The position numbers and the translations under genes are program-made. A model generated the notes under the pieces. The model had not been told where the DNA came from. It worked only from the letters and a program-made list of their open reading frames with translations, and searched no databases. A stretch of 64,000 bases of DNA from IMG/VR virus record IMGVR_UViG_3300013126_000012, positions 95,587-159,586 of that record. One strand, written 5' to 3'. Position 1 is the stretch's first letter; each line of letters opens with the position of its first letter. This stretch comes from a virus. Shown one piece after another: positions 41,283 to 50,811 of this stretch.

Positions 41283-42551
41283 TTATGCTATTTTATTTAG
41301 TATAGATTTTGTATAGTTATCATAGATTTCTTCAGCTGCATCTGCTCTTTTATTTCCAATATGAGCAGGTCGTTCAAACATTTTTGCAAAAGTATATGCA
41401 GCATCCCGAGGATTTGTTTGTAATCGCATTGCTGAAAGCGTCTTTGCTTGATGATGTTTTAATTCCCACCATAAGAATTCCAATTGGCCTTGCATCGAAT
41501 CCCATTTATAACCATTTTTTTCGCACCATTTCTTTAAATTATCGCCATTTTCTTTGTGCCATTGCACAATACCAAAAGATGTTCCAGAATCTCCAACCGC
41601 TTTAGGGTCAAATCCGGACTCAATTTGCATGTTTCCGGCAATTCCAGCTGATTGTGATGTTGATAATCCTTTATTTTTTAAAAATGTCATTACCAATTTG
41701 GCTGCATTTGACTTATTTATTGAACTTGAGCCACCTAATGTATCAAATTTTACATCACCAGCCTTGGTTTTATCGGATTTTGGCGTTAAAACATTTTTAG
41801 TTATCGCAGCAGTTAATATATTTTTAATAATTTTCAATATACTAATTGGTAAATCGTCTTTTTGTTGTCGTTTTTGATAAGTTTTATTTAATTTTTCTAA
41901 AGCATTTTGAGTTAAAGGACCATTAACGCCTTGTTCTATCTCATCACCTAAATCAAAACCAGCTTTTTTTAGTTTTTTCTGTATAGTTTTTAAATCATTA
42001 TCAGATTGCGATATAATATATGCAGCATCTTTAATAAAAGGCCACGGATCAATCGACCCTTTATTATAACCTCGATCGGCATAATACATACTAAAGTGTA
42101 CGTGTGGATGAGTTCCTCGTGCCGAACCAGTGTTTCCGACAGTGCCAATTATCTGCCCAGCTTTAATTGTTTGGCCTGCTTTTACAAATACTCGATCTAA
42201 ATGTGCATGATAATAATTAATGTTACCTTTCTGAATAGTCACCGTACGGCCACCTGCTCCCGAATCTTGCGTAGTAATACTCACAACAGTGCCAGTTACC
42301 GGAGCAACCACAGGCTCACCCCTTTCAGCAAATACATCAATACCTTTATGTCCGCCTCTAGATTTATGTGCAGCATCTCCTGCACCATAATCTGAATTAT
42401 GTACGGCTGTATCTCTTGTTAGCTGTTTAGTTTTGCCAACAAGGCCCGCATCATACCCAATGTTAAAATTTTTAGAACCAATAAAAAAGGTTTCTAATTG
42501 TCCTAAAGTTTGGCCAGATTCAAATTCATTTAATATGTGTTTTAATTTCAT
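41283..42551 (-). CDS. Bifunctional cell-wall hydrolase: M23 peptidase + phage tail lysozyme-like domain
   Basis: HKGID, YAHL-like YHAHL, GNTG, PHVHF; AGIAGNMQIES, GIVQW, QLEFLWWEL, FERP. Confidence 0.85.
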   Translation of the reverse strand: MKLKHILNEFESGQTLGQLETFFIGSKNFNIGYDAGLVGKTKQLTRDTAVHNSDYGAGDAAHKSRGGHKGIDVFAERGEPVVAPVTGTVVSITTQDSGAGGRTVTIQKGNINYYHAHLDRVFVKAGQTIKAGQIIGTVGNTGSARGTHPHVHFSMYYADRGYNKGSIDPWPFIKDAAYIISQSDNDLKTIQKKLKKAGFDLGDEIEQGVNGPLTQNALEKLNKTYQKRQQKDDLPISILKIIKNILTAAITKNVLTPKSDKTKAGDVKFDTLGGSSSINKSNAAKLVMTFLKNKGLSTSQSAGIAGNMQIESGFDPKAVGDSGTSFGIVQWHKENGDNLKKWCEKNGYKWDSMQGQLEFLWWELKHHQAKTLSAMRLQTNPRDAAYTFAKMFERPAHIGNKRADAAEEIYDNYTKSILNKIA

Positions 42552-42694
42552 TTTCCTTGTCCGCAATACGGTTTAACATAATTCTTGCTTGTTTTGCTAG
42601 AACTATTTTTGCTTTTTGCATGAACTCCTGGACGCTTAACTCGTGGTTTACGTACATGCATGCTCGTAGCGCTAATTTTTGCTTTTGCTGCCAT
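42548..42694 (-). CDS. Small very basic protein (48 aa)
   Basis: Hand-translated MAAKAKISATSMHVRKPRVKRPGVHAKSK...YCGQGK; stop overlaps next ATG. Confidence 0.65.
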   Translation of the reverse strand: MAAKAKISATSMHVRKPRVKRPGVHAKSKNSSSKTSKNYVKPYCGQGK

Positions 42695-42886
42695 TGAATA
42701 CTCCTATTATCGTTTCATAAACCGAATATAACCCAGCAACAACTAATGCAATGCTACCTTGTATAAAAGCAAATAACCTATTCATATTAATAAATATTGC
42801 TAGTATCATTTTACAGTAAAAAAGTGCGCCCAAAGACGCACTCTTAAACATTTGCCTCGAAATGTTTAGCCTAAGGTAGCAGGCAT

Positions 42887-43243
42887 CTATTTGCGAAATG
42901 ATTCGCGAAGTATATGTTCATGTCCATGCAAATTGCCACTAACACGTTTCCAAAATGATTCTATCATTGCATCTTTAGGATCTTCATATGCTGCATCATA
43001 TGGTTCGACGCCCGTTTCGGCTACAGACACTGAATGTGTTTCATCATCTTCTTCATTCATATTGTGTGCTGCAGATTTCATTGGTTCTTCTTTATCGCCA
43101 TCGTTATCTAGATCTAGAAAATCAGGCTTAGCAGCTTTATTGCGTTGGTATTCGGCTTGTACCTCAGCCAACGTTGGTAACGCTTGTCCGGGTTTGCGTT
43201 CCCAAGCATACGCTTCCGATAAAATATCCTTAAGTTTTTTCAT
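42887..43243 (-). CDS. Late protein with DxDxDG motif
   Basis: Start MKKLKDILSE after late motif 43261; PDFLDLDNDGDKEE. Confidence 0.7.
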   Translation of the reverse strand: MKKLKDILSEAYAWERKPGQALPTLAEVQAEYQRNKAAKPDFLDLDNDGDKEEPMKSAAHNMNEEDDETHSVSVAETGVEPYDAAYEDPKDAMIESFWKRVSGNLHGHEHILRESFRK

Positions 43244-43325
43244 GATATATCTTTTTTTAAATAAATATTGCAATACCATATAAACTAGTACGTTAGTACG
43301 CCCGTTACTCCATAATAGCGTCCTT

Positions 43326-43826
43326 TCAGGACTCCGCGCGTGTAGCGATGCCGGTGCGCACCAACCAAAGCCCCGAAGGCCGATCCAGCACCCGATATCC
43401 TGCCGTAGTGAAGCGCGTTGCATTGGCCGCTAACAAGGCACGATATATGCGTGTTTTTTGAGCTTCCTTGTCCCCGCTGCTAGTGTCAGATCCCGTTATG
43501 TCGATGCTTGCAGGTTGCCATTGTGTTGCAAAATCTATGAGGGCTTCCAGCACGGTAGCCATGAGACGCAGGTAATTGACTTGCCCCGCTGCCGCGCTAC
43601 GTGAATGCGCCACAGTATGGCCTTCACCGTCTTGGGTAGGCGTCAACATGGCAAATGCCCATTGTTGGTGTCCTTGGTCCACCATTGCCAGAGTGATGCG
43701 TACACCATCTGCTTGAAACTCGGCTTCGCGATAGTTTCTTGAGTTTTTGCGCCAGGTAAACTGGGTTGCATAAGGTGTCACCCCGCCTAAAGTAATTTCC
43801 GTTAAAAGTTGCGTTAATTGTATCAT
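43326..43826 (-). CDS. Late protein with leader
   Basis: Start MIQLTQLLTE. Confidence 0.7.
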   Translation of the reverse strand: MIQLTQLLTEITLGGVTPYATQFTWRKNSRNYREAEFQADGVRITLAMVDQGHQQWAFAMLTPTQDGEGHTVAHSRSAAAGQVNYLRLMATVLEALIDFATQWQPASIDITGSDTSSGDKEAQKTRIYRALLAANATRFTTAGYRVLDRPSGLWLVRTGIATRAES

Positions 43827-43830
43827 GACG

Positions 43831-44388
43831 TTAAGGCTTTTTTGGTAAAGTATAACACACCATATATTCCGTAATGTTGCCCGGGTCGACCTTGTACCGT
43901 ATAGGACCTTGCCGATTGGGCTTTTCGCGTGTTGCATCTAGAATGCTACTTGCACCTGGATCGTGGCCCATCCCGCCTCTACGATCGATCTGCCAATGCT
44001 TAGCGTCATCAGCTTCTGCAAGCATTGGTATTGTGATTGTTACATCGTACGTACCTTTGTTGACTCGACTAGTAATTGCAACGTTGGCAATGTTGGGTTG
44101 CAGCGGTTGATCCTTTAACCATGGATTGCATTCGCATATCAACACGTTGAATATTTGATGCAAGGTATCTCCGCTGCCGCGATTAGCATGCGATATAGCC
44201 CATCCGCTGGCCGGACCTGTATATGCAAGCCGAAATGAAGAGCTAGATTTTTCAATATCGATTTTGGGACGTACGCGACCATCGGCCGTTTTTCCCCCAT
44301 CCCAATTGGCTTTGGTTTCTGTCCAATGTATACAGGATTTCCAAGATTCACCCGTCCATTCCGTCAACAATTGTTTTAATCGTATCAT
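43831..44388 (-). CDS. Late protein with leader
   Basis: Start MIRLKQLLTE after late motif 44393. Confidence 0.7.
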   Translation of the reverse strand: MIRLKQLLTEWTGESWKSCIHWTETKANWDGGKTADGRVRPKIDIEKSSSSFRLAYTGPASGWAISHANRGSGDTLHQIFNVLICECNPWLKDQPLQPNIANVAITSRVNKGTYDVTITIPMLAEADDAKHWQIDRRGGMGHDPGASSILDATREKPNRQGPIRYKVDPGNITEYMVCYTLPKKP

Positions 44389-44449
44389 ACTAATAAATAT
44401 CGGTTTCCGTAACTTTACGATGTAAAGCTCCTGGAAACGAGACGATTCG

Positions 44450-44896
44450 TTATTTTCGTACATAGGGTTTCAATAAATCCTCTATAGTTCGTTGTTTGGA
44501 TGCATCCCAATCTGCTGCTTTGATGGTAGAATTTACCATATCGCCGGTCTTGGCTCGTACTCCAGCACCATAAACTCGCACTTCGACCTCATTGTTTTCT
44601 GGTTGTTCATAATCCGTTAAGATTGTAATTCGTACTTGATGTGTTAATGATTCCGGAAATTTCGCCTTCCATCCTTCCCCATATGACCAAATTTGGAATG
44701 TTGGATCATCATATGTCCCAACAACAGCATCCTGTGGTTTTCTTCTTGTGCTACTTTGTAGTTCGAGCTTGTGTGTTTTAACATACTTGCGTGCCCATTG
44801 GTCGAGCTCCAGGCCTTGTTTTTGAATGGGGTCTGTTGGAAGATCTCCATTTTCTGTTAAATATTGTTTCCAGAGTGTTAGGTATGTTCTTTGCAT
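44450..44896 (-). CDS. Late protein with leader
   Basis: LWKQYLTE leader; late motif 44927. Confidence 0.65.
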   Translation of the reverse strand: MQRTYLTLWKQYLTENGDLPTDPIQKQGLELDQWARKYVKTHKLELQSSTRRKPQDAVVGTYDDPTFQIWSYGEGWKAKFPESLTHQVRITILTDYEQPENNEVEVRVYGAGVRAKTGDMVNSTIKAADWDASKQRTIEDLLKPYVRK

Positions 44897-45020
44897 TATT
44901 GTTCCTATATTATAGATTATCTAATAATAAATATGACACCGTCATATTCAATAAAGAGCACCTATATAGCAAAAAATCTCCCCGTGCGAGAAAAACATAT
45001 ATAACCACCCGCATCATCTA

Positions 45021-45120
45021 GGGGGTGGTCTACCCCTTTAACGAAACCCTCCCCACCCCCCTATATAGCCCCCCCGATCACCCCCCGATACACCCCTATA
45101 CCATACCCCCCCTAGCCCCA
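45021..45120 (-). repeat. G-tract array (C-tracts on + strand)
   Basis: Eight runs of 3-7 C between 45047 and 45119 in an otherwise AT-rich genome. Confidence 0.85.
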
Positions 45121-45121
45121 T

Positions 45122-45150
45122 AAAAAAAGGGGGGCTATTGCCCCCCCTTG
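45122..45150 (-). terminator. Intrinsic terminator closing the early module
   Basis: AAGGGGGGGC-aata-GCCCCCCCTTTTTTT. Confidence 0.8.
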
Positions 45151-45166
45151 TTGACCCCTTGGTTCT

Positions 45167-45400
45167 TTATACCGACTCGCGTAATGCTTCGCGTATCTCT
45201 GTGGCAGCTACATTGTCTGGATGACTTAAGTCGGACTTAATGCTTAGGGCTTCCATCAATTGATATATGCCTGCCCACTTACCTCTTAGACGATCGGTTA
45301 ATGTATCTGCTTCGCCATACCATTTCGTAGCCAGCATGTAACTTAAATATGCTTGGGCTTCTCGGTTTTGGATCTCTTGGATCATGTTCTTCTTTGTCAT
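45167..45400 (-). CDS. Early hypothetical protein
   Basis: AAGAGAGAG leader, own promoter. Confidence 0.7.
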   Translation of the reverse strand: MTKKNMIQEIQNREAQAYLSYMLATKWYGEADTLTDRLRGKWAGIYQLMEALSIKSDLSHPDNVAATEIREALRESV

Positions 45401-45532
45401 TGTCTCTCTCTTTTAATTAATAATAATAAAGATAAGAAATACGTTTCAATTATCCTAATCTTTTGGTAACTTTTTTTACAGCAGAAATCCGACGCCTTTC
45501 GACGCCGGATCCTGGTTCGAGATATATACGTT

Positions 45533-46483
45533 CTAAGCCGGGATGATTTGTTCTGCAATCATCATCTTGGGATTTTCAAATCCCATTGCACATATGCGGG
45601 CTGCCTTGATAAAGCTACGGAGGTTAATCTCTACTCCATCAAACTCTTCATCGAGCTCCTTCATCAACTGCAAAGCCTGCTCCTTAGCTGGCATTGGGAT
45701 ACGACGCTCCATTGTTATCATCAATTGACCCATTCTGGTAAACATCTGCTCCGTTGTCAAAGCAACATCACTTACAAAGCTACGTGAGCGAATTGCTTCA
45801 TCCAATTTGCTTTGATCGATGTTGGAGATAAAGATGATGCGCCCGGTAAACTCAAAATGGCGCGGTACCTCACTGCCAAACTCATCCTTGAGCGTCTTTG
45901 TGGAGATGTAACTAATCTTGCGGGTGTCATATGAATCCAAAGCCGCTTTGAGGATATTCACTGCATCATCGTCTTTGAATATGGAGTCGCAATCATCCAA
46001 CACAATAACCTTGTCGCTATTCTCATACAGCGTAATAAACAAACCGGCCGGGGTAGCACGACCCTTGAAGTGAACAAAGTCGGTAGACTCCTTAAGGCCC
46101 AATGACTCCAATGTACTCTTAACCAAATGCGTCTTGCCGGTACCCGCGCCTCCGGTAATAACAAGTGATGGCTGAATGCCACGCCCTACCATTTTAGTCA
46201 GCCGCTCAATGTTTGCAAACATCTCCTCTGGGTCTTGTTGCTCTTTAGCCTGCATAAAGGACATCTTGGCTACTGGTGGTGGAGTCAATGCAACACCCAT
46301 GTCCATTGCAGGTACTCGGGTAACACGGCCCGTTGTGGATACTACTAATACCTCGCGGTTCTTCTCAGCATTCAATAGCTGGATGTGTCGGATGGTGTCT
46401 TTAGGCGCTATGCTACCTGTGGTTGTGTTCTTGGCAAACAACTTGCCTTTAATTCTAACTGGTTCAAAAACATTACTCATCAT
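45533..46483 (-). CDS. P-loop (AAA+-like) ATPase
   Basis: GGAGTGKT, VIVLDDCD, IFISN, AIRSR. Confidence 0.85.
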   Translation of the reverse strand: MMSNVFEPVRIKGKLFAKNTTTGSIAPKDTIRHIQLLNAEKNREVLVVSTTGRVTRVPAMDMGVALTPPPVAKMSFMQAKEQQDPEEMFANIERLTKMVGRGIQPSLVITGGAGTGKTHLVKSTLESLGLKESTDFVHFKGRATPAGLFITLYENSDKVIVLDDCDSIFKDDDAVNILKAALDSYDTRKISYISTKTLKDEFGSEVPRHFEFTGRIIFISNIDQSKLDEAIRSRSFVSDVALTTEQMFTRMGQLMITMERRIPMPAKEQALQLMKELDEEFDGVEINLRSFIKAARICAMGFENPKMMIAEQIIPA

Positions 46484-46556
46484 ATATCTCTCTTTTTAAT
46501 TATACTTAAATTTAAGGAATTAATCAATGCGATCCAACCGTTTCGCAAACTTTTTT

Positions 46557-46838
46557 TTAAAATTTTATGTTATAAGGAAAATATGTTTTTGGTCCGCCGG
46601 CTATCTTCTTTTGATCTACGATGGCAAAACCAGATACAGAAGCACATACACTTACAGGAACATCTACGGCCTCCGCAATTGCGGAAATTTGATCAAACAT
46701 CTCCTCCGGCCAATTGAAACCACACTCAACTGAAATAGTAGTGGCTGCTCCGTATTTGCCGGTTATGCTGAATAATTTAACATTGCACGGAACTTTTGCT
46801 TGCTCCAAGCCTTGAACTAACTTTTGAAAATCTGTCAT
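46557..46838 (-). CDS. Early hypothetical protein
   Basis: AAGAGAG leader and promoter. Confidence 0.7.
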   Translation of the reverse strand: MTDFQKLVQGLEQAKVPCNVKLFSITGKYGAATTISVECGFNWPEEMFDQISAIAEAVDVPVSVCASVSGFAIVDQKKIAGGPKTYFPYNIKF

Positions 46839-46919
46839 ATATCTCTCTTTTTAATTTATATAAAGATAAGGAATATATCGATAGGATCCTAATCTTTTGC
46901 AAACTTTTTTTGGATTTTT

Positions 46920-47147
46920 TTACTTGCTATAAACTTCCTCATAGAAGCTTCGAAGCATCTTGCCATGCTCGGTACGCACATAGTCTCTGCGCAATTTAAA
47001 TAGATACTGTAAGCACCTGTTATAGGTCCAAAACTTCTCTACCGATTTGTTGGTGTTGGTGTTATAGAATGCCGTTGGGTTCTCACCATATTCTGCTTGG
47101 AGTGCTTGAACAATCTCCAACTTGCTATTAAATACTTCTTGTAACAT
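46920..47147 (-). CDS. Early hypothetical protein
   Basis: Start moved to MLQEVF behind AAAAAGAGAGCAT. Confidence 0.65.
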   Translation of the reverse strand: MLQEVFNSKLEIVQALQAEYGENPTAFYNTNTNKSVEKFWTYNRCLQYLFKLRRDYVRTEHGKMLRSFYEEVYSK

Positions 47148-47211
47148 ATGCTCTCTTTTTACGTCCTTAAGGGCCGACATTTCTGCCGACCCTGGACTGA
47201 GAGATATATCT

Positions 47212-47586
47212 TTATTGATCCTCGGAGCTGTCATCGCTCGCATCCTCATCTGCCGTCTCCTCAAATATGTTTTCCAATTCCTCGCGTATGTTATTAACTA
47301 TACTATCCGTGTCGATACGCACATCCACTAATTCAATAGTGTTGTTGTAATTCAATTCAAACTCTGCATCGTCAAAATCAACTATGTCCCGGGTGCGCAA
47401 ATTGCCAATGGCATTTTCGACAATGTCCATTACCTTGTCAAACGACTCCTCATTTAATAGGAACGTCTTGCTTTCGACTTGCTCTGCCTCCAACTGCTGG
47501 ATAAGGGCAATTACTTTGTCGATGTCAACTTGTGAAGATAACGTCTTTGCTGCTTCCAATTGTGCTACTAATTCTACTTTTTTCAT
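47212..47586 (-). CDS. Early acidic protein
   Basis: Start MKKVELV behind AAGAGAG; D/E-rich C-term. Confidence 0.7.
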   Translation of the reverse strand: MKKVELVAQLEAAKTLSSQVDIDKVIALIQQLEAEQVESKTFLLNEESFDKVMDIVENAIGNLRTRDIVDFDDAEFELNYNNTIELVDVRIDTDSIVNNIREELENIFEETADEDASDDSSEDQ

Positions 47587-47697
47587 CTCTCTTTTTTTTT
47601 GGTTTTGTGGGACTATTCCCTTTTTAATTATACTTAAATTTAAGAAATTAATCAATGCGATCCAAATCTTTTTGCAACTTTTTTGCAAAAAAGTTAT

Positions 47698-47907
47698 TCA
47701 CAATTGCATTTCAAGAAATTCTAGTATTGCATCATATAAGCCTGGATCATCACTTAAATCATTGCCATCTTCATCTCGAAATACCGTATCAATCACTTTG
47801 CCACTCTCATTCAGATAATCAATTACGTATACTGTATTACCTGCTGTCAATTCAATTTCGAAGGTTTCGGTAATTACGGCGCTAGTTGTTTTGCTAATCA
47901 ATTTCAT
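47698..47907 (-). CDS. Early acidic hypothetical protein
   Basis: Own promoter. Confidence 0.7.
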   Translation of the reverse strand: MKLISKTTSAVITETFEIELTAGNTVYVIDYLNESGKVIDTVFRDEDGNDLSDDPGLYDAILEFLEMQL

Positions 47908-47990
47908 TTTTTTCTCTTTTTAATTATACTTAAAGATAAGTAAAAAAAGAATGCGATCCAACCGAATCGCAAACTTTTTTCAAACTTTTT

Positions 47991-48146
47991 TTAATCAATT
48001 TTATTCAGGGTATCTATAATGGTATCGCATAACGTGGCTACTAAATTATTGTAATCTGCGCCTTCCAATGCTTCATCAATTCCGAATCCTTCTAAGATAC
48101 ATAATACGTTTTCCTGTAACTGTTCTTTTGCTTCTGTTTTAGTCAT
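47991..48146 (-). CDS. Early hypothetical protein (51 aa)
   Basis: Hand-translated MTKTEAKEQLQENV...; AAGAGAG leader. Confidence 0.65.
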   Translation of the reverse strand: MTKTEAKEQLQENVLCILEGFGIDEALEGADYNNLVATLCDTIIDTLNKID

Positions 48147-48245
48147 ATCTCTCTTTTTTTTATTTACTACTTTTTTTGCTGCGGCTAATTAACATCATAA
48201 TTAGCACCACGTTGAGCAACAAGCTCATATATACTATGTCGCCTA

Positions 48246-48395
48246 TCATACTCCGATATATACGGCCCCGGCGGTACCGGATGCTAACTTGTAAATAATA
48301 AAGGCAATACCAAATGCCAATAACCCGGTGCATGCTACTGCTAATGCCTTAAGGGTAACTTCTACTACGTTCTCGATGCTAAACACTTTTTTCAT
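48246..48395 (-). CDS. Early small membrane protein (49 aa)
   Basis: Hand-translated MKKVFSIENVVEVTLKALAVACTGLLAFGIAFII...; AAGAGAG leader. Confidence 0.65.
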   Translation of the reverse strand: MKKVFSIENVVEVTLKALAVACTGLLAFGIAFIIYKLASGTAGAVYIGV

Positions 48396-48480
48396 TTTTC
48401 TCTCTTTTTAATTTATATATAAAACCAAATTTCTACAAAGGGTTACCCTTTTTTTCAAACTTTTTTTAACTTTTTTTTTT

Positions 48481-48753
48481 CTAATTGCCTAAGCCATCAA
48501 ACGTGTTGACGATGTGGTCTACTGCAGATCCGCCTTGCTTGGCAGCGTTCTTCTGAGCCGCTACATCTGATATCGCCCGGGCAAAGTCTACGAGGTCGCC
48601 TTTTGCTTTTGCAACAAGCAACATTTCCATTATCATGCCCAACAACACAAAATCTTCATCGCCGGTTAGCATTGCTAATACCTGAGCATTGTTTTGAGCA
48701 TCTGTTACGTTCTGGATTAAGTCCCTAGCTAACTGTTCTTGCATTTTGTTCAT
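48481..48753 (-). CDS. Early hypothetical protein
   Basis: AATAAGAGAG leader and promoter. Confidence 0.7.
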   Translation of the reverse strand: MNKMQEQLARDLIQNVTDAQNNAQVLAMLTGDEDFVLLGMIMEMLLVAKAKGDLVDFARAISDVAAQKNAAKQGGSAVDHIVNTFDGLGN

Positions 48754-48941
48754 CTCTCTTATTTTTTAATTATACTTAAATTTAAGGAATTAATCAATGC
48801 GATCCAACCGTTTCGCAAACTTTTTTCAAACTTTTTTTAAAGCATGCAACTAATGATATATAGAATCAACAAGGGCATGATAATGTACATGGCTACGCGG
48901 CCGAAGAGATCGTTAAGATCTGGATCATTCTGTTTCATATG

Positions 48942-49679
48942 TTATAGGTATTGCTCAAGTAACTTAATTCCTGGAAGTGCTGCCAATGCCTCCTCAGCTT
49001 GACGAACCAATTGTCGTGCACGCTCATTTGTGATACCCATCTCCTCACCAATCTGCTCCATGCTTTGTGCATACTCAACACCTAAGCCATAATTGCGTCG
49101 CAATGCCTCTTCTTGCTTAGGCTTTAATTGTGCCAATGCTCTATCAATGTCAAACTTCAGGTCCGCGCGGTCTCTGCTGCTGCGCACCTCATCGGCTGCC
49201 AAGAATCGATCCGCATATGTCTCTTTGTTGTCATCATCGCCTACTGGAGTGGAAATGCTCTTTGTGGAATACTCCTCAGTAGCCGTACGGTGTGATGGGA
49301 TTCTTACTGTGCGGGATAAATCATTGAGGGCTTTCTGCAACTCGGCACGGATATACCATACTGCAAACGTTATGAATTTAACATTCTTGCTGGTGTCAAA
49401 ACGATCCACAGCCTCAAACAATCCAATGTTGGCAAATGCTATGAGGTCCTCCATCTCCAAGCCCATGCCCTGGTACTGTCGTGCCACTTGCACTGCAAAC
49501 CTCAGGTTGCTTTCTATTATGGTGTTGCGTGCCTTAAGGGAGCCTGCCTGTGCATCAAGGATTAACTGCGTCTCTGCCTCCCGGCTTATGACCTGAGCCT
49601 TCTTTATCTCGGCTACGTAACGCTTTGTGGATTCGGCGCCTACTATTGCACCATTTGTAACATTGATTCTTCTTTTCAT
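48942..49679 (-). CDS. Sigma70-family (RpoD/RpoS-like) RNA polymerase sigma factor
   Basis: IESNLRFAVQVARQY, EDLI...GL.EAVDRFD, FITFAVWYIR, RTVRIP, EQIGEEMGITNERARQL. Confidence 0.92.
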   Translation of the reverse strand: MKRRINVTNGAIVGAESTKRYVAEIKKAQVISREAETQLILDAQAGSLKARNTIIESNLRFAVQVARQYQGMGLEMEDLIAFANIGLFEAVDRFDTSKNVKFITFAVWYIRAELQKALNDLSRTVRIPSHRTATEEYSTKSISTPVGDDDNKETYADRFLAADEVRSSRDRADLKFDIDRALAQLKPKQEEALRRNYGLGVEYAQSMEQIGEEMGITNERARQLVRQAEEALAALPGIKLLEQYL

Positions 49680-49764
49680 AACTCTTATTTCTTTTTATAT
49701 ATAACCAAATTTCTGCAAAGGGTTACCCTTTTTTTCAAACTTTTTTGAAACTTTTTTAGCCCGC

Positions 49765-49950
49765 TTATTTGATAAAGCGGGGTTTCTGTAATGCTGCTCG
49801 AGCTTCTCGGTATATGCGGTTGCGTTCTGCTTGTGCCATTGCTTGCTTCACTGCCGCATTCAATTGTTGTGGACGTTTTGCATCTGCCAACATGCGGGCT
49901 GCTACTGCGTCTTGCTTGAAAAATCCTGAATTCTTTTTGCCTACTGCCAT
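49765..49950 (-). CDS. Early basic hypothetical protein
   Basis: AATAAGAGAG leader and promoter. Confidence 0.7.
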   Translation of the reverse strand: MAVGKKNSGFFKQDAVAARMLADAKRPQQLNAAVKQAMAQAERNRIYREARAALQKPRFIK

Positions 49951-50027
49951 CTCTCTTATTTTTTAATTATACTTAAATTTAAGAAAAAAATCAATGCGAT
50001 CCTAATCTTTTTGAAACTTTTTTTAAA

Positions 50028-50219
50028 TTATTTTTCCGGAATATCTTCCGTGTCATATAGCTCATAATCGCCATCACCATCACTGTCAGTACACGCGTTG
50101 ATGAATCCTTTACCTGATTGCACCATTGCTAATGCTTCTTCTTCTGTCTCTGCTTCTACTTCGAAGTATTGGAAGATTGTTGCTGGAATTTTTTGTTCAA
50201 ACTTAAATAACTTTTTCAT
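50028..50219 (-). CDS. Early acidic hypothetical protein
   Basis: EVEAETEEEAL motif. Confidence 0.65.
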   Translation of the reverse strand: MKKLFKFEQKIPATIFQYFEVEAETEEEALAMVQSGKGFINACTDSDGDGDYELYDTEDIPEK

Positions 50220-50224
50220 TGCTC

Positions 50225-50404
50225 TTATTTTGTAAATGTGATTTGATAATCCAAATCAAATGATGTTTTAACTTTAACTTTATAACCTTTAAACGTACCT
50301 ATTCCATAAACATAATCGATGAAACTCATTCTATCATCTGGATGTGCTTTGGATTGATATGTATTATACTCTTCTCTTAATTGCTTTTCTAATTCTTTTT
50401 TCAT
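50225..50404 (-). CDS. 59-aa protein, paralog of 51032-51211
   Basis: Hand-translated MKKELEKQLREEYNTYQSKAHPDDRMSFIDYVY...ITFTK. Confidence 0.8.
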   Translation of the reverse strand: MKKELEKQLREEYNTYQSKAHPDDRMSFIDYVYGIGTFKGYKVKVKTSFDLDYQITFTK

Positions 50405-50427
50405 ACTTGAAATATACGAAAAGGGTA

Positions 50428-50811
50428 TTAAATACCCTCTTCCTCTAATTCTTCTACTAAAATATCTACTCTGTAACTTCCTAATTTATTTACTAACCAA
50501 ATACCTCCTATAGTTAAACAATAAACATACTCTACTCCACTTTCAAATCCGTAATCAAACAAATCTTCTACATTTGGAAACGTTGTAAAATTCAAATCTT
50601 CATTTCGATCACGATGATATGCTATTGTACTTTCAGTTGATTCATTTAACACTGAAATATCACCTAGTTCCATTAGTTTTTCTGTTTTTTCTCTATCGTA
50701 GTGTTCAAATAATGTTTTTCCTACTCCTGATAAGTAACCATCAAAATGACAATATATTGATGTTACTGTTCCGTTTTCATTTTCAATTGCTATTCTACTT
50801 CTTGTTGCCAT
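50428..50811 (-). CDS. Conserved phage hypothetical protein
   Basis: MATRSRI...IYCHFDGY..GVG.TL; YHRDR.E. Confidence 0.75.
   Translation of the reverse strand: MATRSRIAIENENGTVTSIYCHFDGYLSGVGKTLFEHYDREKTEKLMELGDISVLNESTESTIAYHRDRNEDLNFTTFPNVEDLFDYGFESGVEYVYCLTIGGIWLVNKLGSYRVDILVEELEEEGI

Noticed and set aside
42887-44463. Long N-terminal extensions and overlaps in the ORF track (43423, 43937, 44463 starts)
   Set aside because: Internal ATGs carrying the shared leader (two directly after the late motif) remove the overlaps
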